Of a DNA stretch of 64,000 nucleotides, positions 20,905 through 32,689 are shown one piece after another. The DNA is taken from NCBI GenBank assembly GCA_963775685.1, contig CAVZJV010000001.1, forward strand, positions 44,945 to 108,944, read 5' to 3'. The notes beneath the pieces were generated by a model. The model searched no databases and was not told where the DNA came from. It saw only the letters and a program-made list of their open reading frames with translations. Position 1 is the first letter of the stretch. Each line of letters opens with the position of its first letter. The translations under genes and the position numbers were made by a program. The stretch comes from Candidatus Bathyarchaeota archaeon. GTDB taxonomy: Archaea > Thermoproteota > Bathyarchaeia > Bathyarchaeales > Bathycorpusculaceae.

Positions 20905-21319
20905 GTTTAGGGCACCATACTTTCGATGGGTAAAATGAGAATTAACGTTTGTTAACATGTACATATATCGCTGACTATTAAATTCGGGCGAGGAGGCAGA
21001 AAAATGGATATTTTAACGTTAAAACATGGTGGGTTTGTAGGGGTTTATGTATATAAAAAGTGAAATTTTTCTTGAAATTACGTGGATTAAGATAACACTT
21101 CTATGTCAACTATCATGCATCTATGGGCAAGTTATGTAACCATATATGAAAATGAGTTTGGGCAATTTACGAAGTTTTATTGTTGAGCTTAGCTCTTCAG
21201 GTTCAAGAGCGAGAGTTTATTTTGTTTATACACTTTCAGCAGTGTCATAACTTTTTATTTAAATCCAAATAATTCCTATATAACTAAACAAGAACAAACA
21301 ACCGAAGGAACAGAATAAC

Positions 21320-21719
21320 ATGGTTGCCTTAACAATCACAGTAAACGGAGACAAATCCGAAGCCAGAATAATCAAAAAATGCATGAACGCGTAATCAAAA
21401 GCTTCATGGACACAATAATACTGGCTGAACTCCAAAACGGCCCCATAAGCGGATACACCGTCACATCCTTCATATGCAAAAAATTTTGGTTCCTCGCCAG
21501 CTCAGGAACCGTCTACCCCTGCTTTATTCTCTGGAACGCAACGGTTTAGTTGAGGGAATCTGGATCGAACGCAAAAGAGTCTACAAACTCACCGAAAAAG
21601 GTGCAAAAACCATCGGAACCATCCTCAACTCCCAAGAAAAAATCAAGGGCTTCATATCAACAATCCTTAGAGCCCAAACACCCCCATTAGCAATTCCTTT
21701 TTTTTCACTAAATCAATAG
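21320..21719 (+). pseudogene. PadR-family transcriptional regulator, frameshifted
   Basis: FMDTIILAELQNGPISGY, SSGTVYP and LLYSLERNGLV...KRVYKLTEKG across frames. Confidence 0.7.
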
Positions 21720-21771
21720 AAATACTAAAAAACCCCTTCTTCTTTTCCTATCAGCCGCAACAAATCTTTGC

Positions 21772-21849
21772 GGGTCCGTAGCTCAGTCAGGCTAGAGCAT
21801 CGGACTTTTAATCCGAGGGTCGCGGGTTCAACTCCCGTCGGACCCGCCA
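21772..21849 (+). tRNA. tRNA-Lys (anticodon TTT), intronless, encoded CCA
   Basis: GGGTCCG/CGGACCC acceptor stem, TCGGA-CTTTTAA-TCCGA anticodon arm, GGTTCAACTCC T-arm, 3' GCCA. Confidence 0.96.
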
Positions 21850-22293
21850 TAAATTTCCGAGTTTTATATATTAGTTGTTGCGGAAAAGCGCCTATACTAC
21901 AAACAACAGGACTATGCTGCGCTGTGCTGTTTGTCGTCTAAGTTGAATTCAAGGTGCAAGGTGGTTATGGAGGCTATAACAGGCAGAAACCAAGAACAGA
22001 GCTTGTGTATTTGCTGAATAATTAGGTGCCTGCCAGTTGACTGTGAACTTCTTCGGATTTAGGGGTTCGTCTACTGCGCTTATGTGTCAATTTTAGAAAA
22101 CTGGGTGAAAAAGGCGAAACAGAATAATTTAAGTTATCGCTCGCCCAAATGTCTGGTGCAGTGGATATAGCATTGCACTTAGAAAACCACTGCTTCTATC
22201 GCTATGAGCTCAAAATAAAGGAAAAGACGGATTGAATGGACAGATATCCAATCGGTCGAGGATTCCTGGCTATTGCGCGTCACTGGCAACGTT

Positions 22294-22488
22294 TTATTTC
22301 TTCTTGCACGGCTTATAAATAACACCTGCAATGAACAACACAATCCCAACGATGGGTAATACGAGCACCGCTTCTTGGCCTCTTGCAAAATAGAGGACAA
22401 GGCCCACAACAATTAATATTCCCCCAATTCCAAGAAGTCGCCCTTTGTTTGTTTGATAATAATCTTTCATGTCCACCACTTTTCCCAC
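22294..22488 (-). CDS. small 2-TM membrane protein
   Basis: GGAGGAGGTG SD upstream; two hydrophobic helices. Confidence 0.55.
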   Translation of the reverse strand: MGKVVDMKDYYQTNKGRLLGIGGILIVVGLVLYFARGQEAVLVLPIVGIVLFIAGVIYKPCKKK

Positions 22489-22513
22489 CTCCTCCTCGGC
22501 GCTTCCAACTTTG

Positions 22514-22801
22514 CTACTTCCACTTTGTTAGTATTTCCTCTCGTTGAAAAGCTGCTTTACTTACGAAATAAAGAGCGATATCAATCGCGGAAAGGATACC
22601 TGTGATTATAAGAATCCCGTTTATGTCTAGACTTATTATGCGTATTTCGCTAGCTAAATAAATTGCTAAAAATGGCAAGAAAATAAATATCCCAAAATTA
22701 TTAGCGCTGCGAACGTCGTTAACTCGAAGACTAACGTTGTCTACAGCTATCAAGTCAGAGAATTTTTTTGTTAGATTCTCAGTTTCTATAAAACCAATCA
22801 C
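22514..22801 (-). pseudogene. deletion fusion of an ABC ATPase N-terminus and an ABC-2 permease C-terminus
   Basis: IETENLTKKFSDLIAVDNVSLRVN is joined directly to DVRSANNFG...FQREEILTKWK. Confidence 0.7.
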
Positions 22802-23374
22802 TGGGTCATGGTGATTAGTTAGTTATGTTAAAGCATTATTAGTACGTCGCTAACCAACACAAGGTTAGATTCTGTGGGTTCGAATTGTCTTAATCAGGTT
22901 GCCTTGGTTTTTTTAAGGCTTGTTTCTGCCCAAAGAAAAAGTTCGTCCACTATAATGGTGAAAAAATGATTAAGTGCCAATTAGAGACGAAGGGGGTTTA
23001 TGGAAAGTTTATGACATTCCATTAAATGGAACATTAACTAAATCAACTGACAGCAAAAGCCATCCGTAGTTGTCTTTGTCGCAGGCAGCGGACCAATAGC
23101 CCCCAGTCGCTCGCGATTTCGAAAAGTCATAAGTTGAGCTTTTATTGTGGGTTCAATGGACGAATATGCTAGATAAATTTCCAGCAGTAGCCCTATTTGC
23201 GGCTGAAAACTGTTGTATCCTTTTAATGCGGTTTTTTCCCATCAGAAAGATGAGGCGAAGGCTTGGTGCAGTAGTGGGCATTCTTGCTGGTTTAGTTTAA
23301 TGTTTTTTGGCGGGTGCAAACTGCGCTAACTTAAAAAAATGGGCCAACCTGATGGGTTTGAATTTTTGTTTGGT

Positions 23375-24412
23375 TTACCAGAATTTGAGTGGTGACTTGA
23401 AGCTCTCTTCAATTTCTTTTCTGGTCTTGGTGCCTAGCTTAACTGGGGCATCCTCTAGCCATGGGATGTACTCCCATTTCCAAATCCTCTCGTTCGCGTC
23501 GTGTTCAGCCATGGCGTGGTTTGCTGTGTTTACAAACATCACAGGGTGTTTATGGTCTACGAAATAGTACGTGATTGGATGTTTTGGTGCTGGTGGAGGT
23601 TTGTCGCCGTGGATTGAATCGGCATTCATTCCGGTCTCGTAGCTGTATATTCCTTCGAAGGTAAATCTATTATTAGCCGGATCCTTGGCGACAAGAATCT
23701 TGAATGATTCTAGATCCATCACCCTTCCGTAGATTATTTGTCGTAGTCCTTGGTAGATAGAATTCAAGATCCCGTGCTGGCGAAGTCTTTCGTTGTTGAA
23801 TAGAAGAGAAACCTCCATTTCATAAGATCCATCTTGGTTGGTAGGTCCTCTTGCGCAGTGGACTTCGCGAAGGAAGTTTTTCAAGGCGTCAACGCTCGGC
23901 TGATATACAACGGGAATTACCCTGTTGTCTTGCACATTTACCTGTACATCGAAGATATTATTTGGATTCTTCGATGGATGACCCAATTCATTCACTATCT
24001 CAGTATACAAACTGTAGATTGTTGAATCGGTGATGTCTACGCCTTGCTGTGCCCACTCCCAGATCCAATGTTTATCATCAAGCTGAAAGACCCAACGATT
24101 TTTTGGGCCTTCTCTTCTATTTGGTATATTATTCCTCGCAGTATACAGCTCAGTTTTGGGTTCAGATGGTTTTGTCGAAATCTCAAAGCCCAGCATGTAC
24201 CTTAGCATAACTTCTTTTTCCATGAAATTACTAAGTATTGTTTGGCTGCTTCGGACAACAATCAGGCACTCATTGTTTAGAGTTCTCGCAAAACTCATCG
24301 TGCAATTATCCGAGTCCCAGAAATCTTCCTCACCAGTCCAAGAAAACTTGCCAAAGTAACCAACCTGCCATTTTTTCTCTTTAACAGTAAACCAAACTGG
24401 TTTTGAAAACAT
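23375..24412 (-). CDS. hypothetical protein (345 aa)
   Basis: long intact ORF; no family recognised. Confidence 0.7.
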   Translation of the reverse strand: MFSKPVWFTVKEKKWQVGYFGKFSWTGEEDFWDSDNCTMSFARTLNNECLIVVRSSQTILSNFMEKEVMLRYMLGFEISTKPSEPKTELYTARNNIPNRREGPKNRWVFQLDDKHWIWEWAQQGVDITDSTIYSLYTEIVNELGHPSKNPNNIFDVQVNVQDNRVIPVVYQPSVDALKNFLREVHCARGPTNQDGSYEMEVSLLFNNERLRQHGILNSIYQGLRQIIYGRVMDLESFKILVAKDPANNRFTFEGIYSYETGMNADSIHGDKPPPAPKHPITYYFVDHKHPVMFVNTANHAMAEHDANERIWKWEYIPWLEDAPVKLGTKTRKEIEESFKSPLKFW

Positions 24413-24879
24413 CGTTAACCTAAGTTATGTTACTCTCTGATCTATTTGATGTTTCTTCTCCACAGAACAGTGCGAATTTCTGACATGGTCCTTTGTTAGT
24501 TTAAAGAAGTAGGTTTTGCAGTAGAGAAAAAACCCGTTAAATGAATTATAGTTGCACACTTGTTGCATTGAATTATCACTTCATCCAGACTCTGTGTTTT
24601 GACCTTTATCTCCAAAATTGATTATCCTTCTTCGGCGCAGTCATCGGGGATATTCTATTTCCACATTCTGGACATAGAAATGCTCCTTCTCCATCTATTG
24701 AGTTAAGTCCAATACATGCGATTGGACTCATTCCATTTGTTGTCCGCATATATAGTTAGAGTTTTCAAAATCGTTCATGTTTAAGATCTTATTAATTGGT
24801 TTTTCCATTTTGCGCTAAATTCTTCCCAAATTGTTGCCTAATTCGAAAAAAAGATCATTAAAAAGAGAAAGTTGGTGGA

Positions 24880-25060
24880 CTAAACTTAATCTCCACACAC
24901 ACCTCAACTCAACATAGGCTGCGACAGGAACGCCTACTTCTTCCCAAAACCCTGCGCCCTCGCCAACAATTCCAAATTATCATGGTTGATACTTCTACCC
25001 TTATTCATCTGCGCACTATCAATTGTAAGCGTAGTTAAGTTAAGAAGGATATCTTTGAGA
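24880..25060 (+). pseudogene. remnant C-terminus of a PEF-CTERM-type surface protein
   Basis: TPTSSQNPAPSPTIP, then after a frameshift LSWLILLPLFICALSIVSVVKLRR. Confidence 0.45.
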
Positions 25061-25205
25061 ATAACCCAACATTCAGCTCATCTCCCGGTCAAACAGAAAA
25101 GAAGTGCGCAAGCAAAAAGATCACGTGTTCCAAAAGAGGAACAACATGTTCCAAGAATAGAACTAAAAGTGCCTCCTTAGTAATAGCTATTGTCTGGTGT
25201 TATAG

Positions 25206-26291
25206 ATGAGGAAAGCGACTCTTATGTTGGCGATTCTTCTTCCATGTCTGTTAATGTCAGTCGCGGCAGAGTTGGGCACTGTTAAGGCACAAGATATTTC
25301 TATTGACGTAGAATTTGTGTCGCCTCCACCTGCATATGTGAATCAAACGTTTGAAATCAGGGCAACAGTTAGTGGTGGAACGCCGCCCTATACTTATCAG
25401 TGGTATACTAAGTGGTTTCCTCCTTGGGAGGCAGGCATGGATCCAGCCCAATATCGGGCAAGTGGCGGAAATGAAATCGCTGCGCCTGAAGCTACGTCTG
25501 CAACATTCTGGTTTACTCCAACAGTCGAAGGGATCTACTGGATTTCCGTTGGCGTATCGGACTCTGCTGGACATTCTGTATCACATTATCCATCTATTCA
25601 GCCATTCCAACTTATCGTTCAAAACCCACAACCATTGGACCTTGAAAAACTGTTTGATGTTGACTTGATGTATGCATACATTCAGCAAGGTGCTTCTTCT
25701 GCAATTGCCGTGATCAACTTTACCAGTATTTCTAACGTTACATTGCCCACTGATTCGGGTGTAACTGAAGTCTACACAATTCAGGTTTTCTCAGGTGGAA
25801 ACGTTGTTGGTACAAAAGGAGCGATTGGGTGTTCAATTGGCAAGGATGTAAACAGTAGTTTTCTCATGGATTTAGCTATGAGTTTCGGTCACTTTTCAGG
25901 GGCACAAGGAGGGGGATTGCGGTATTGTGAAGTTTTTTACGAACCCCTAAATCCAGCTTTGAGGGAACCTATCTCTATCAGTGTGATAAGGCTGGGGTGG
26001 ATTACTGTCAACGGAAATGATACTCAAACCAATCTTTTACATAATGAAACAGTAACTCATGTCGAACTATCAAAATACCAAAACGGCTTCCTATACAATA
26101 AACTACTATCTCAAGAGCAACTTATGAAAACAAACATGTTTGAACCATTAAATACGTCCTCTTCAAACTCAAGCCCAACATCAACGCCTACCGTTCCAGA
26201 GTTTTCTTGGTTGATAATTATTCTTGCATTGTTGGGTACAGCGACCTTTGCGGTAGTCTTCCACTACAGAGGAAAAAGAGCTAATACCTGA
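25206..26291 (+). CDS. secreted surface protein with Ig/PKD-like domain and PEF-CTERM tail
   Basis: signal peptide, SGGTPPYTYQWY, VSDSAG; ends PTVPEFSW-TM-RGKR. Confidence 0.75.
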   Translation: MRKATLMLAILLPCLLMSVAAELGTVKAQDISIDVEFVSPPPAYVNQTFEIRATVSGGTPPYTYQWYTKWFPPWEAGMDPAQYRASGGNEIAAPEATSATFWFTPTVEGIYWISVGVSDSAGHSVSHYPSIQPFQLIVQNPQPLDLEKLFDVDLMYAYIQQGASSAIAVINFTSISNVTLPTDSGVTEVYTIQVFSGGNVVGTKGAIGCSIGKDVNSSFLMDLAMSFGHFSGAQGGGLRYCEVFYEPLNPALREPISISVIRLGWITVNGNDTQTNLLHNETVTHVELSKYQNGFLYNKLLSQEQLMKTNMFEPLNTSSSNSSPTSTPTVPEFSWLIIILALLGTATFAVVFHYRGKRANT

Positions 26292-26448
26292 ACTTTTTCA
26301 GGCAAAGGAGAGTTCTCCAACAAATCGTTTGGTGCCAACCTTATTAAAATTGCTCCGATAAGATCATCATGATTGTTTTAGTTATAATGTCAATAGATAA
26401 TTTTGAGATTTCTTAAAAATAAAAAAAGAAAAGAAGGGTGATTTTGTT

Positions 26449-29251
26449 TTATTTTTTTCGAAGAATCATCAGTATGGCTGCGCCGATGATAACCAATATG
26501 ACTATTATGGCAATTCCAGTGCCTAACACATAGGTGTCAGTCATTGAGACGGGTGGTGCTGCTGTTGGTGTTGAGGTTGCATGTGGTTCTGGGACAGTAA
26601 AGGTGGTCTCCGAACTTGATGGCCAGTAACCATTTGTTCCAGCGAATGTTGCGACTACTTTGAAGTCCCCTGAAATGTCAGGTGTCCATGTTAGGCTGTA
26701 CATTCCATATTCGTCAGTTGTTGCTGACCCGATGCTTCGGAAGTTGCCGTTAGAATCCACAACATTTATCGTAACATCAACGCCTGTAAAGTTATCATAA
26801 AGTGGCTTCTGCTGATAGACATAGCCCATCCAATCTTTCATGCCTAGCGTCGGATGCAACAGGAACACTGCTTGGGAAGCGTGCCGATTGCTCATCTTGT
26901 TGTGTGCCTGCGGAGATATCTGTCACTGTACCTCTAATGACTATTGATGAATCAAAAGCTTGAGCTGAAACACTCATGGCGCTGGGTCCTCTGCCTATAC
27001 TGTAAACTCGGTTGTCAAGACCGTTTATGAATACGCTAAAGCCATCTGCGGTAGCCCATGAATAAGCTTCGCTGAAACCCCACTCGCTGGGGTATTCTGA
27101 AAGTTGCCATATTTCTTCTCCTGTGGTGGCGTTAATAGCACGTGCTGTAGCACCTTTGTAGAATGGGTTTGGCATAGTGTGTTCATCAGTAGCCACGTAT
27201 ACTACTCCGTTAGCAATAGCTTGTATCATAGTTGGGTAAACTCCATAGAAGATCTGCAAGCCACCGTTAGTGCTGTTGCCTTCTCCGCCGTTACCGTAAG
27301 TCCACAATAATTCGCCAGTTAAATCGTCATAGCAGTAGGTTACTCCTCCGAAGCCAGCATTATAGAATTTCCCATAAGCAATTGTGCCTAAAACGGGCTG
27401 TCCAGGGTCGAAATAGTAGTTCCAAACCGATTGGGGTTGTGTTGTCCAAAGCAAGCTGCCGTCCTTCAAACTGTATCCCTGCCAATTTAGAGTTTCCATT
27501 AGTTGTATAACAAAGACGCCTGTATCAAAATCTACTGCGCTTTGCAACATAGTGACGTTGCCTGCTACTGGATTATATGTTTTCGTCCACATTACAGTGC
27601 CAACTTGTCCTTTAGATGCGTTGAGGTTAACAGCGAAGTATGTGTAAGGAGCTTGATCTGCGCCGTTCCGATTTGCTGCGAAACCTGAAGGCAGGTTGCC
27701 GCTTCTGAGAAGCATCATATCACCATAGTTAGCTGCTTGTACAGAGGGTGCTGGGGTCATGGTGTTGAGCCATGGTATCGAAATGTTCCAGTCATAAGTA
27801 GTTAAACCGTGACTGGGCGCGTTAGGATTGATAGTAGTAGAGTTAATGGGGATATCCGCATCGACTATGATATAATCTGTGTATTGGCTAGTACCTAACT
27901 GTGCTGGATTTTTTGTAATGAGAGCGTTGTTGGTTGCATTTACAAGTGCTGGTGAAAGACTGCCAGCGCCGGTGAATGGATTAATGTCGTACTGCCACAG
28001 TTTAGATGAGTTCCATTGAGACAAATACCATTGTGGATTCGCAGTTGTGCCTGCGTTGCGCATAACATACCTTATTATTTCGCCGCTTGGACCCATAACT
28101 GACGTACCTGAAGGGACATTTTTTGTGTCGAATAGCCAGTTTCCTGTGTATGCATCATAAGCACTGCCAAAGTTGGATGTGAACAATATTGGTGTAAAAG
28201 TCCCATGCTGTTCTTGATCCCAAAGATTGAATATATAGCCAAATGAAAGTGGTGGGACATCGTTGCGAGACCAGAGAACCTTTCCCGTGCGAAGATCCAT
28301 AGCGGTAGTTGGTCCACTGGCTGTGCCTGTGAATGATACTGGTTCAGTGTAAATGAGGATTCCACTGATTATTATCGGACCGACGAATCTTGGCTGGTAT
28401 GCTGACCCCTCGTAATATTGGACTCCTTGAACAGCGCCGTTGGGATTTGTGCCGCCTTCAACAAACTGGTTTCCGCCGACAACTCCTCCGAACTGAAGCG
28501 GACGCGTCCACATAATGTGAGGAGTTAAGGGTCCTATGGCATCGTTATGGTACATTGTTGCGTCTGAGGTGCTAGCGGCGCCTCCTGGAACTGGGGAGCC
28601 TCTACCTAGCCAGTTGGACGAAATTGCCCACCAGTCGGTGTTTTCTCCGTATATTGGGTGTGTCCAGTATTCCTTTGGAAGCGGATAGCTAGTTATGGGC
28701 GAAGATATGGGATCTTGTTGCACAATAAGCGTTGTAGATGCTTGGGCTGGCAAATAGGTATCGTTAATCAGAATTGATTTTTCATAGCCGTTTCCGTTCT
28801 CTCCATAGGCTTGTCCAGGAAAGCTGAAGTCTAGAGTGTAGGTACCAATTTGGTCAGGAGTAAATTTGGTAAATTGATTTGATGTAGTATCAAAGACAGT
28901 CTCAAAAATCTGTGTTGTCGCATGACCGTCAGGCGCTATGATTGTAAGATTGTAGTTTTTGAATCGATAGCTGTTTGATAGCAACGCCGCGCTGGCTGTA
29001 GAGCCATTTGTGCCAACGGCAGCAGCGGATCCACCTGCTACTCCGTAGACAGGGTCAAGCCACATATAGACATGTGCTTCTTGCCCGACACCTATAGGAT
29101 CAGGTGCTGCAACAACGTAAGCATATGTAGGAATATCCCATGGCGGAGAATGTGCACTAGTAGCCGGTACTAGTATCATTGAAGCGCCCATAGAAATTGT
29201 TAAAAGCAAAGCAATCAAAATAGCCATAGTTTTATTTTTTAATTTTTGCAT
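26449..29251 (-). CDS. large PQQ-like beta-propeller surface protein (frameshift near 26845)
   Basis: signal peptide, PDPIGVGQ, AMDLRTGKVLW, TGELLWTY and INATTGEEIW repeats; continues as MKDWMGYVYQQKP...TM-RKK. Confidence 0.8.
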
Positions 29252-30306
29252 TTTGTTTTTCTTTTCCGTTCATTTTATTTTCAGTTGAAAAAAACAGTCT
29301 ACATTTAAATTCTTCCAATTAAACAACCTTTCAGATATTATATTTATAAATAAACAAAATAGATCTGCAATTTTTCAACTAAATAACAACTTAAGACCAT
29401 AAAGCTTAAATAATTTTCGGTTTAATTGTCATAAAAAATAACTTGAAAATACGTCTATAACCAGGGTAAAAAGTTTGAATCAATTTAGCCAGATTACTAA
29501 AAAAGTCCAAAACCAAAAATTGATTTAGAAAAAACCTGATTCTTATAGGCACCCAAAATAATCTTTAATTACAGACAACTACCATTATTTTCCAAAGGAT
29601 CGCTCTATTGTTTGCCTATTTGCTCTAAGTCACTTTGTTGCAGTTCAGCTTACTCTTCCCAAACAAGTTTACCCACTCCAGCGGTATCCAGAACTTCACC
29701 GACACTTATTTTGGAGTCGATCCTTACACCATCTATATCCTTTAAACAAATACTATGCCGAGATATGGTCAAACCCAGTTATTGTTGACGGAGTAGTTTA
29801 AGTTGGTGTTGAGAGCGTTCATATTTAGGAAGTCTATACATATGATTAACCTCTTGGAACTGGAAAATGCACAGTTACAGTTAAAAAAGTGTCCACTATA
29901 TGTGGGGAGGAATTAATTTTTTTCCTCTCCGCCTTCTGCCATATGTATGAAACCGAAAACTGCTTATGCGTTACTGCATTAGATAAGGGATTGATGGAAA
30001 CAATGTTTTCTGTCCAACAAGGAATCATATTCTTCGAATTAAAAATTTTTAGAGGTATAAAGAAATGACATCGAAAAAATCTAAAGTAAATAGTTTAGCA
30101 CATAATACGGACTTCAAATATCGACTCAAAGAGGTCCAAAAGAAAAATCAAAGCCCCAACAAAAGAATTGAGACATTTTTGCCCATTTCAAATGAAGCGG
30201 CACCAAAAACTAACTAACCATGGAAATAATTGATGCGCCCTTTTCGGTGAATTTGCTGTAAGGATGCTGTCAATGATTAAAACTTGTTAAAATTTTATTA
30301 AAAATT

Positions 30307-30534
30307 CTATAGCTTGGAAACGGTCAAGTAGTTGTTGTTCATTTTGCATGACAAGGCTCTTTTTTTAACAAATAGGTTAATTGCGGAACGATCATAATCT
30401 CCTCTGATCTGTAATCGATACCCGTCTGGTTCATCGTGTTCAATAAGAACTAATTGGGGATTAACAAGGTTGTTAGCTCCTAATTCATTTAATAAAACTA
30501 TTGCTTCTTCTTTCTTCATATGCTTTTCCACCAT
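30307..30534 (-). CDS. small hypothetical protein
   Basis: MKKEEAIVLLNEL...GYRLQIRGDYD; plausible compact protein. Confidence 0.5.
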   Translation of the reverse strand: MVEKHMKKEEAIVLLNELGANNLVNPQLVLIEHDEPDGYRLQIRGDYDRSAINLFVKKRALSCKMNNNYLTVSKL

Positions 30535-30965
30535 ATCAATTATGAACCGTACAAGATTAAGATTATGCAGTTAAATCAAATAAGCCAATGGATTGATTCT
30601 TACAAATGAAAATAGATAATTATTTGACAATATGAAAGGCTTATGGGTCTTGGTTGGTTTGTTAGGTTAGATGTTAGGTTTAAAGGCAGTACTTGCAATC
30701 TTCAAAGCTCCTCTTTCTCATGTGATTTAACGCCATCGATTCTAAGTTGAGTCTCAGGCGGCTTAATTCCCTTCAAATAATGCTTTATCCAAATCTCACA
30801 ATAACCCACACAAGCGCAAAAATCAGAAGCCGACGATGTGATTTAACCATAAAATCGCCTTCGGACGCTTGCTTTATCTCTATCATAACCTCACAAACCG
30901 CAAAGAGAGTAAAAGCCATTAAGTCAAATTCAAAATACCCCTCTAAAAAGAAAAAGTCGATTAAC

Positions 30966-31006
30966 TAGTAGAAGAAAAAACTTGAAAAAATCGCGGTTCT
31001 TCTTCC
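30966..31006 (-). repeat. REP-like palindrome copy
   Basis: plus strand GTAGAAGAA-aaaacttgaaaaaatcgcgg-TTCTTCTTCC; reverse orientation relative to the 40795 copy. Confidence 0.7.
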
Positions 31007-31055
31007 AACCAAACATTATCTATGGGTATACACGAAAAATCAGAATTTCGCTAAA

Positions 31056-31097
31056 GAGCTGGGATGGGAGTTGAACCTGTATATCTGGTCTGCAGTC
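31056..31097 (-). pseudogene. degenerate 3' fragment of tRNA-Cys(GCA)
   Basis: minus strand GACTGCAGACCAGATATACAGGTTCAACTCCCATCCCAGCTC contains an anticodon loop, T-loop and acceptor 3' strand; 5' half absent. Confidence 0.5.
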
Positions 31098-31109
31098 TGT
31101 AAGGGAGAT

Positions 31110-31505
31110 CTATTGGATGCTCTCTAATGTGGAAGCGTTTGTTGTAGGTGTTATCTTTTTGATTAATCGGGCATCTTCTGTTATTAATCTAAGATCTTTT
31201 ACTTTAGCAAAATAAGCATATGAAGCGTCGTAAAAAGTAATCTTGAGTTTTATTGCTGTATCCAATATTTCCTCTTCGCTCCCCGCTACTTCTATTAGGT
31301 CCATTAAGTTTAGGATATGATTGATTGTTTTCTCCATCATTTTTGCTTCTTGCTCTGAAACTTTAGCATGTAAGACACAGTCTTTCCAAATGATGTTTCC
31401 CAATTCATATCTTGCTAACTCTATCGTGTAGTTTCCAGCCAAAAACTCGATTTTGTTTTCTTTAACGGCTCTAAAAATGGCTGATGAATCAAAAAGAAAC
31501 TTCAT
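31110..31505 (-). CDS. vapC: VapC PIN-domain toxin
   Basis: FLFDSSAI, ELGN, ITFYDASY and LITED motifs. Confidence 0.9.
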   Translation of the reverse strand: MKFLFDSSAIFRAVKENKIEFLAGNYTIELARYELGNIIWKDCVLHAKVSEQEAKMMEKTINHILNLMDLIEVAGSEEEILDTAIKLKITFYDASYAYFAKVKDLRLITEDARLIKKITPTTNASTLESIQ

Positions 31506-31735
31506 CGGCTGTCCCGGTCTTTTCTAATGCTTTTCACGATGTCTTCGACACTGACCTTATCAAGTATTGGCTTTAGCTTGTCTATCTCTACTTTTAGCTC
31601 TTCCATTTCTCTTTTCTTTACTTCATCTTCAAGGGCTTTTCGCAAAATCTTGGATGGCTTGATTTTGAATTTCTGAATTTTTTCTTTAAGTTGCTTGGGG
31701 ATTTTTGTAGAGACGGTTGCGGATTGCTGTACCAA
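31502..31735 (-). CDS. VapB/CcdA-like RHH antitoxin
   Basis: TVSTKIPKQLKEK..ILRKALEDEV..IRKDRDSR; ATGA overlap with vapC. Confidence 0.85.
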   Translation of the reverse strand: MVQQSATVSTKIPKQLKEKIQKFKIKPSKILRKALEDEVKKREMEELKVEIDKLKPILDKVSVEDIVKSIRKDRDSR

Positions 31736-31885
31736 ATTACTCTCACCAAAAATTACTACTTTAAAGTAAGATAAAATAGTTTCCATAGAGTGTAAGAAAA
31801 TTATTAATCATCTGTCGAACAGAGGTGAGAGTTGAGCTCATTAGTCCTATCCCAGAGTAGAAATTTCGCTCAGTGAAATTAACAA

Positions 31886-31927
31886 AAGAACAACAACAAA
31901 CTGGAATTTTGGCGTGTTGTTGTTCTT
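31886..31927. repeat. palindrome related to the REP-like family
   Basis: AAGAACAACAACA-aactggaattttggcg-TGTTGTTGTTCTT. Confidence 0.6.
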
Positions 31928-32053
31928 CCGATAAAAACAGGTTTATTTTTAGGTCTATCGAGCCGCAGCTTTAAGAAAATATTTTTGTTGTTCTGGTCCT
32001 CATTTTGTCTACACAACACATATATGATTTCTTAATATTCTTGCAATCACCTG

Positions 32054-32689
32054 GTGGCCGAATTGGAAAGCAATCAACAAGTCGTAAAAAAAACCATACT
32101 TAGCAAAAAATTAATCGCAATAATTATAGTGGCGGTTATAGCAATTGCAACAGTCGCCTCTACTACGGCGATTTTAACGACAGGCAACAAATCACCCAAT
32201 AGCCAAATTAACACGGAGAATAGTTTGACAGATAACCAGAATAGCCCGGAATCTTGGATCAAAAAGGGAGCTTATGCAACCTATGCAGGCCAAGCTGAAA
32301 TCTTATCTTTGAGCATCGCCTTTAGCGCGAGAATAGAAATAGTTGATTTCAACCAAACTCACCTGCAAATATCCACCGACTACATCATGTCGACATCTTT
32401 CGGTGCAACAGAAAACACAACCACGATCTGGGTGAGCAGAGAAGACATGAATTTCCAACCAGAAGACCTACCACTAAACAACACGTACACTACACAAATA
32501 ACCATACCGAACCTTGGAACAAGAACCTGCACCGTTTACGAATATAGCAACGAAGGAATCAGCGCAGCCTACTATGTGGACAACAGCGTCCAATGGCCAA
32601 TCAAAATGGTAATGACCTCGCCAGCAGTTGAAGGACAAACCTACAACATGGATATAAACCTGGTAGATACAAACATACCCGGCCTCTAA
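32054..32689 (+). CDS. membrane-anchored secreted hypothetical protein
   Basis: N-terminal TM helix; beta-rich body ending LVDTNIPGL. Confidence 0.7.
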   Translation: MAELESNQQVVKKTILSKKLIAIIIVAVIAIATVASTTAILTTGNKSPNSQINTENSLTDNQNSPESWIKKGAYATYAGQAEILSLSIAFSARIEIVDFNQTHLQISTDYIMSTSFGATENTTTIWVSREDMNFQPEDLPLNNTYTTQITIPNLGTRTCTVYEYSNEGISAAYYVDNSVQWPIKMVMTSPAVEGQTYNMDINLVDTNIPGL

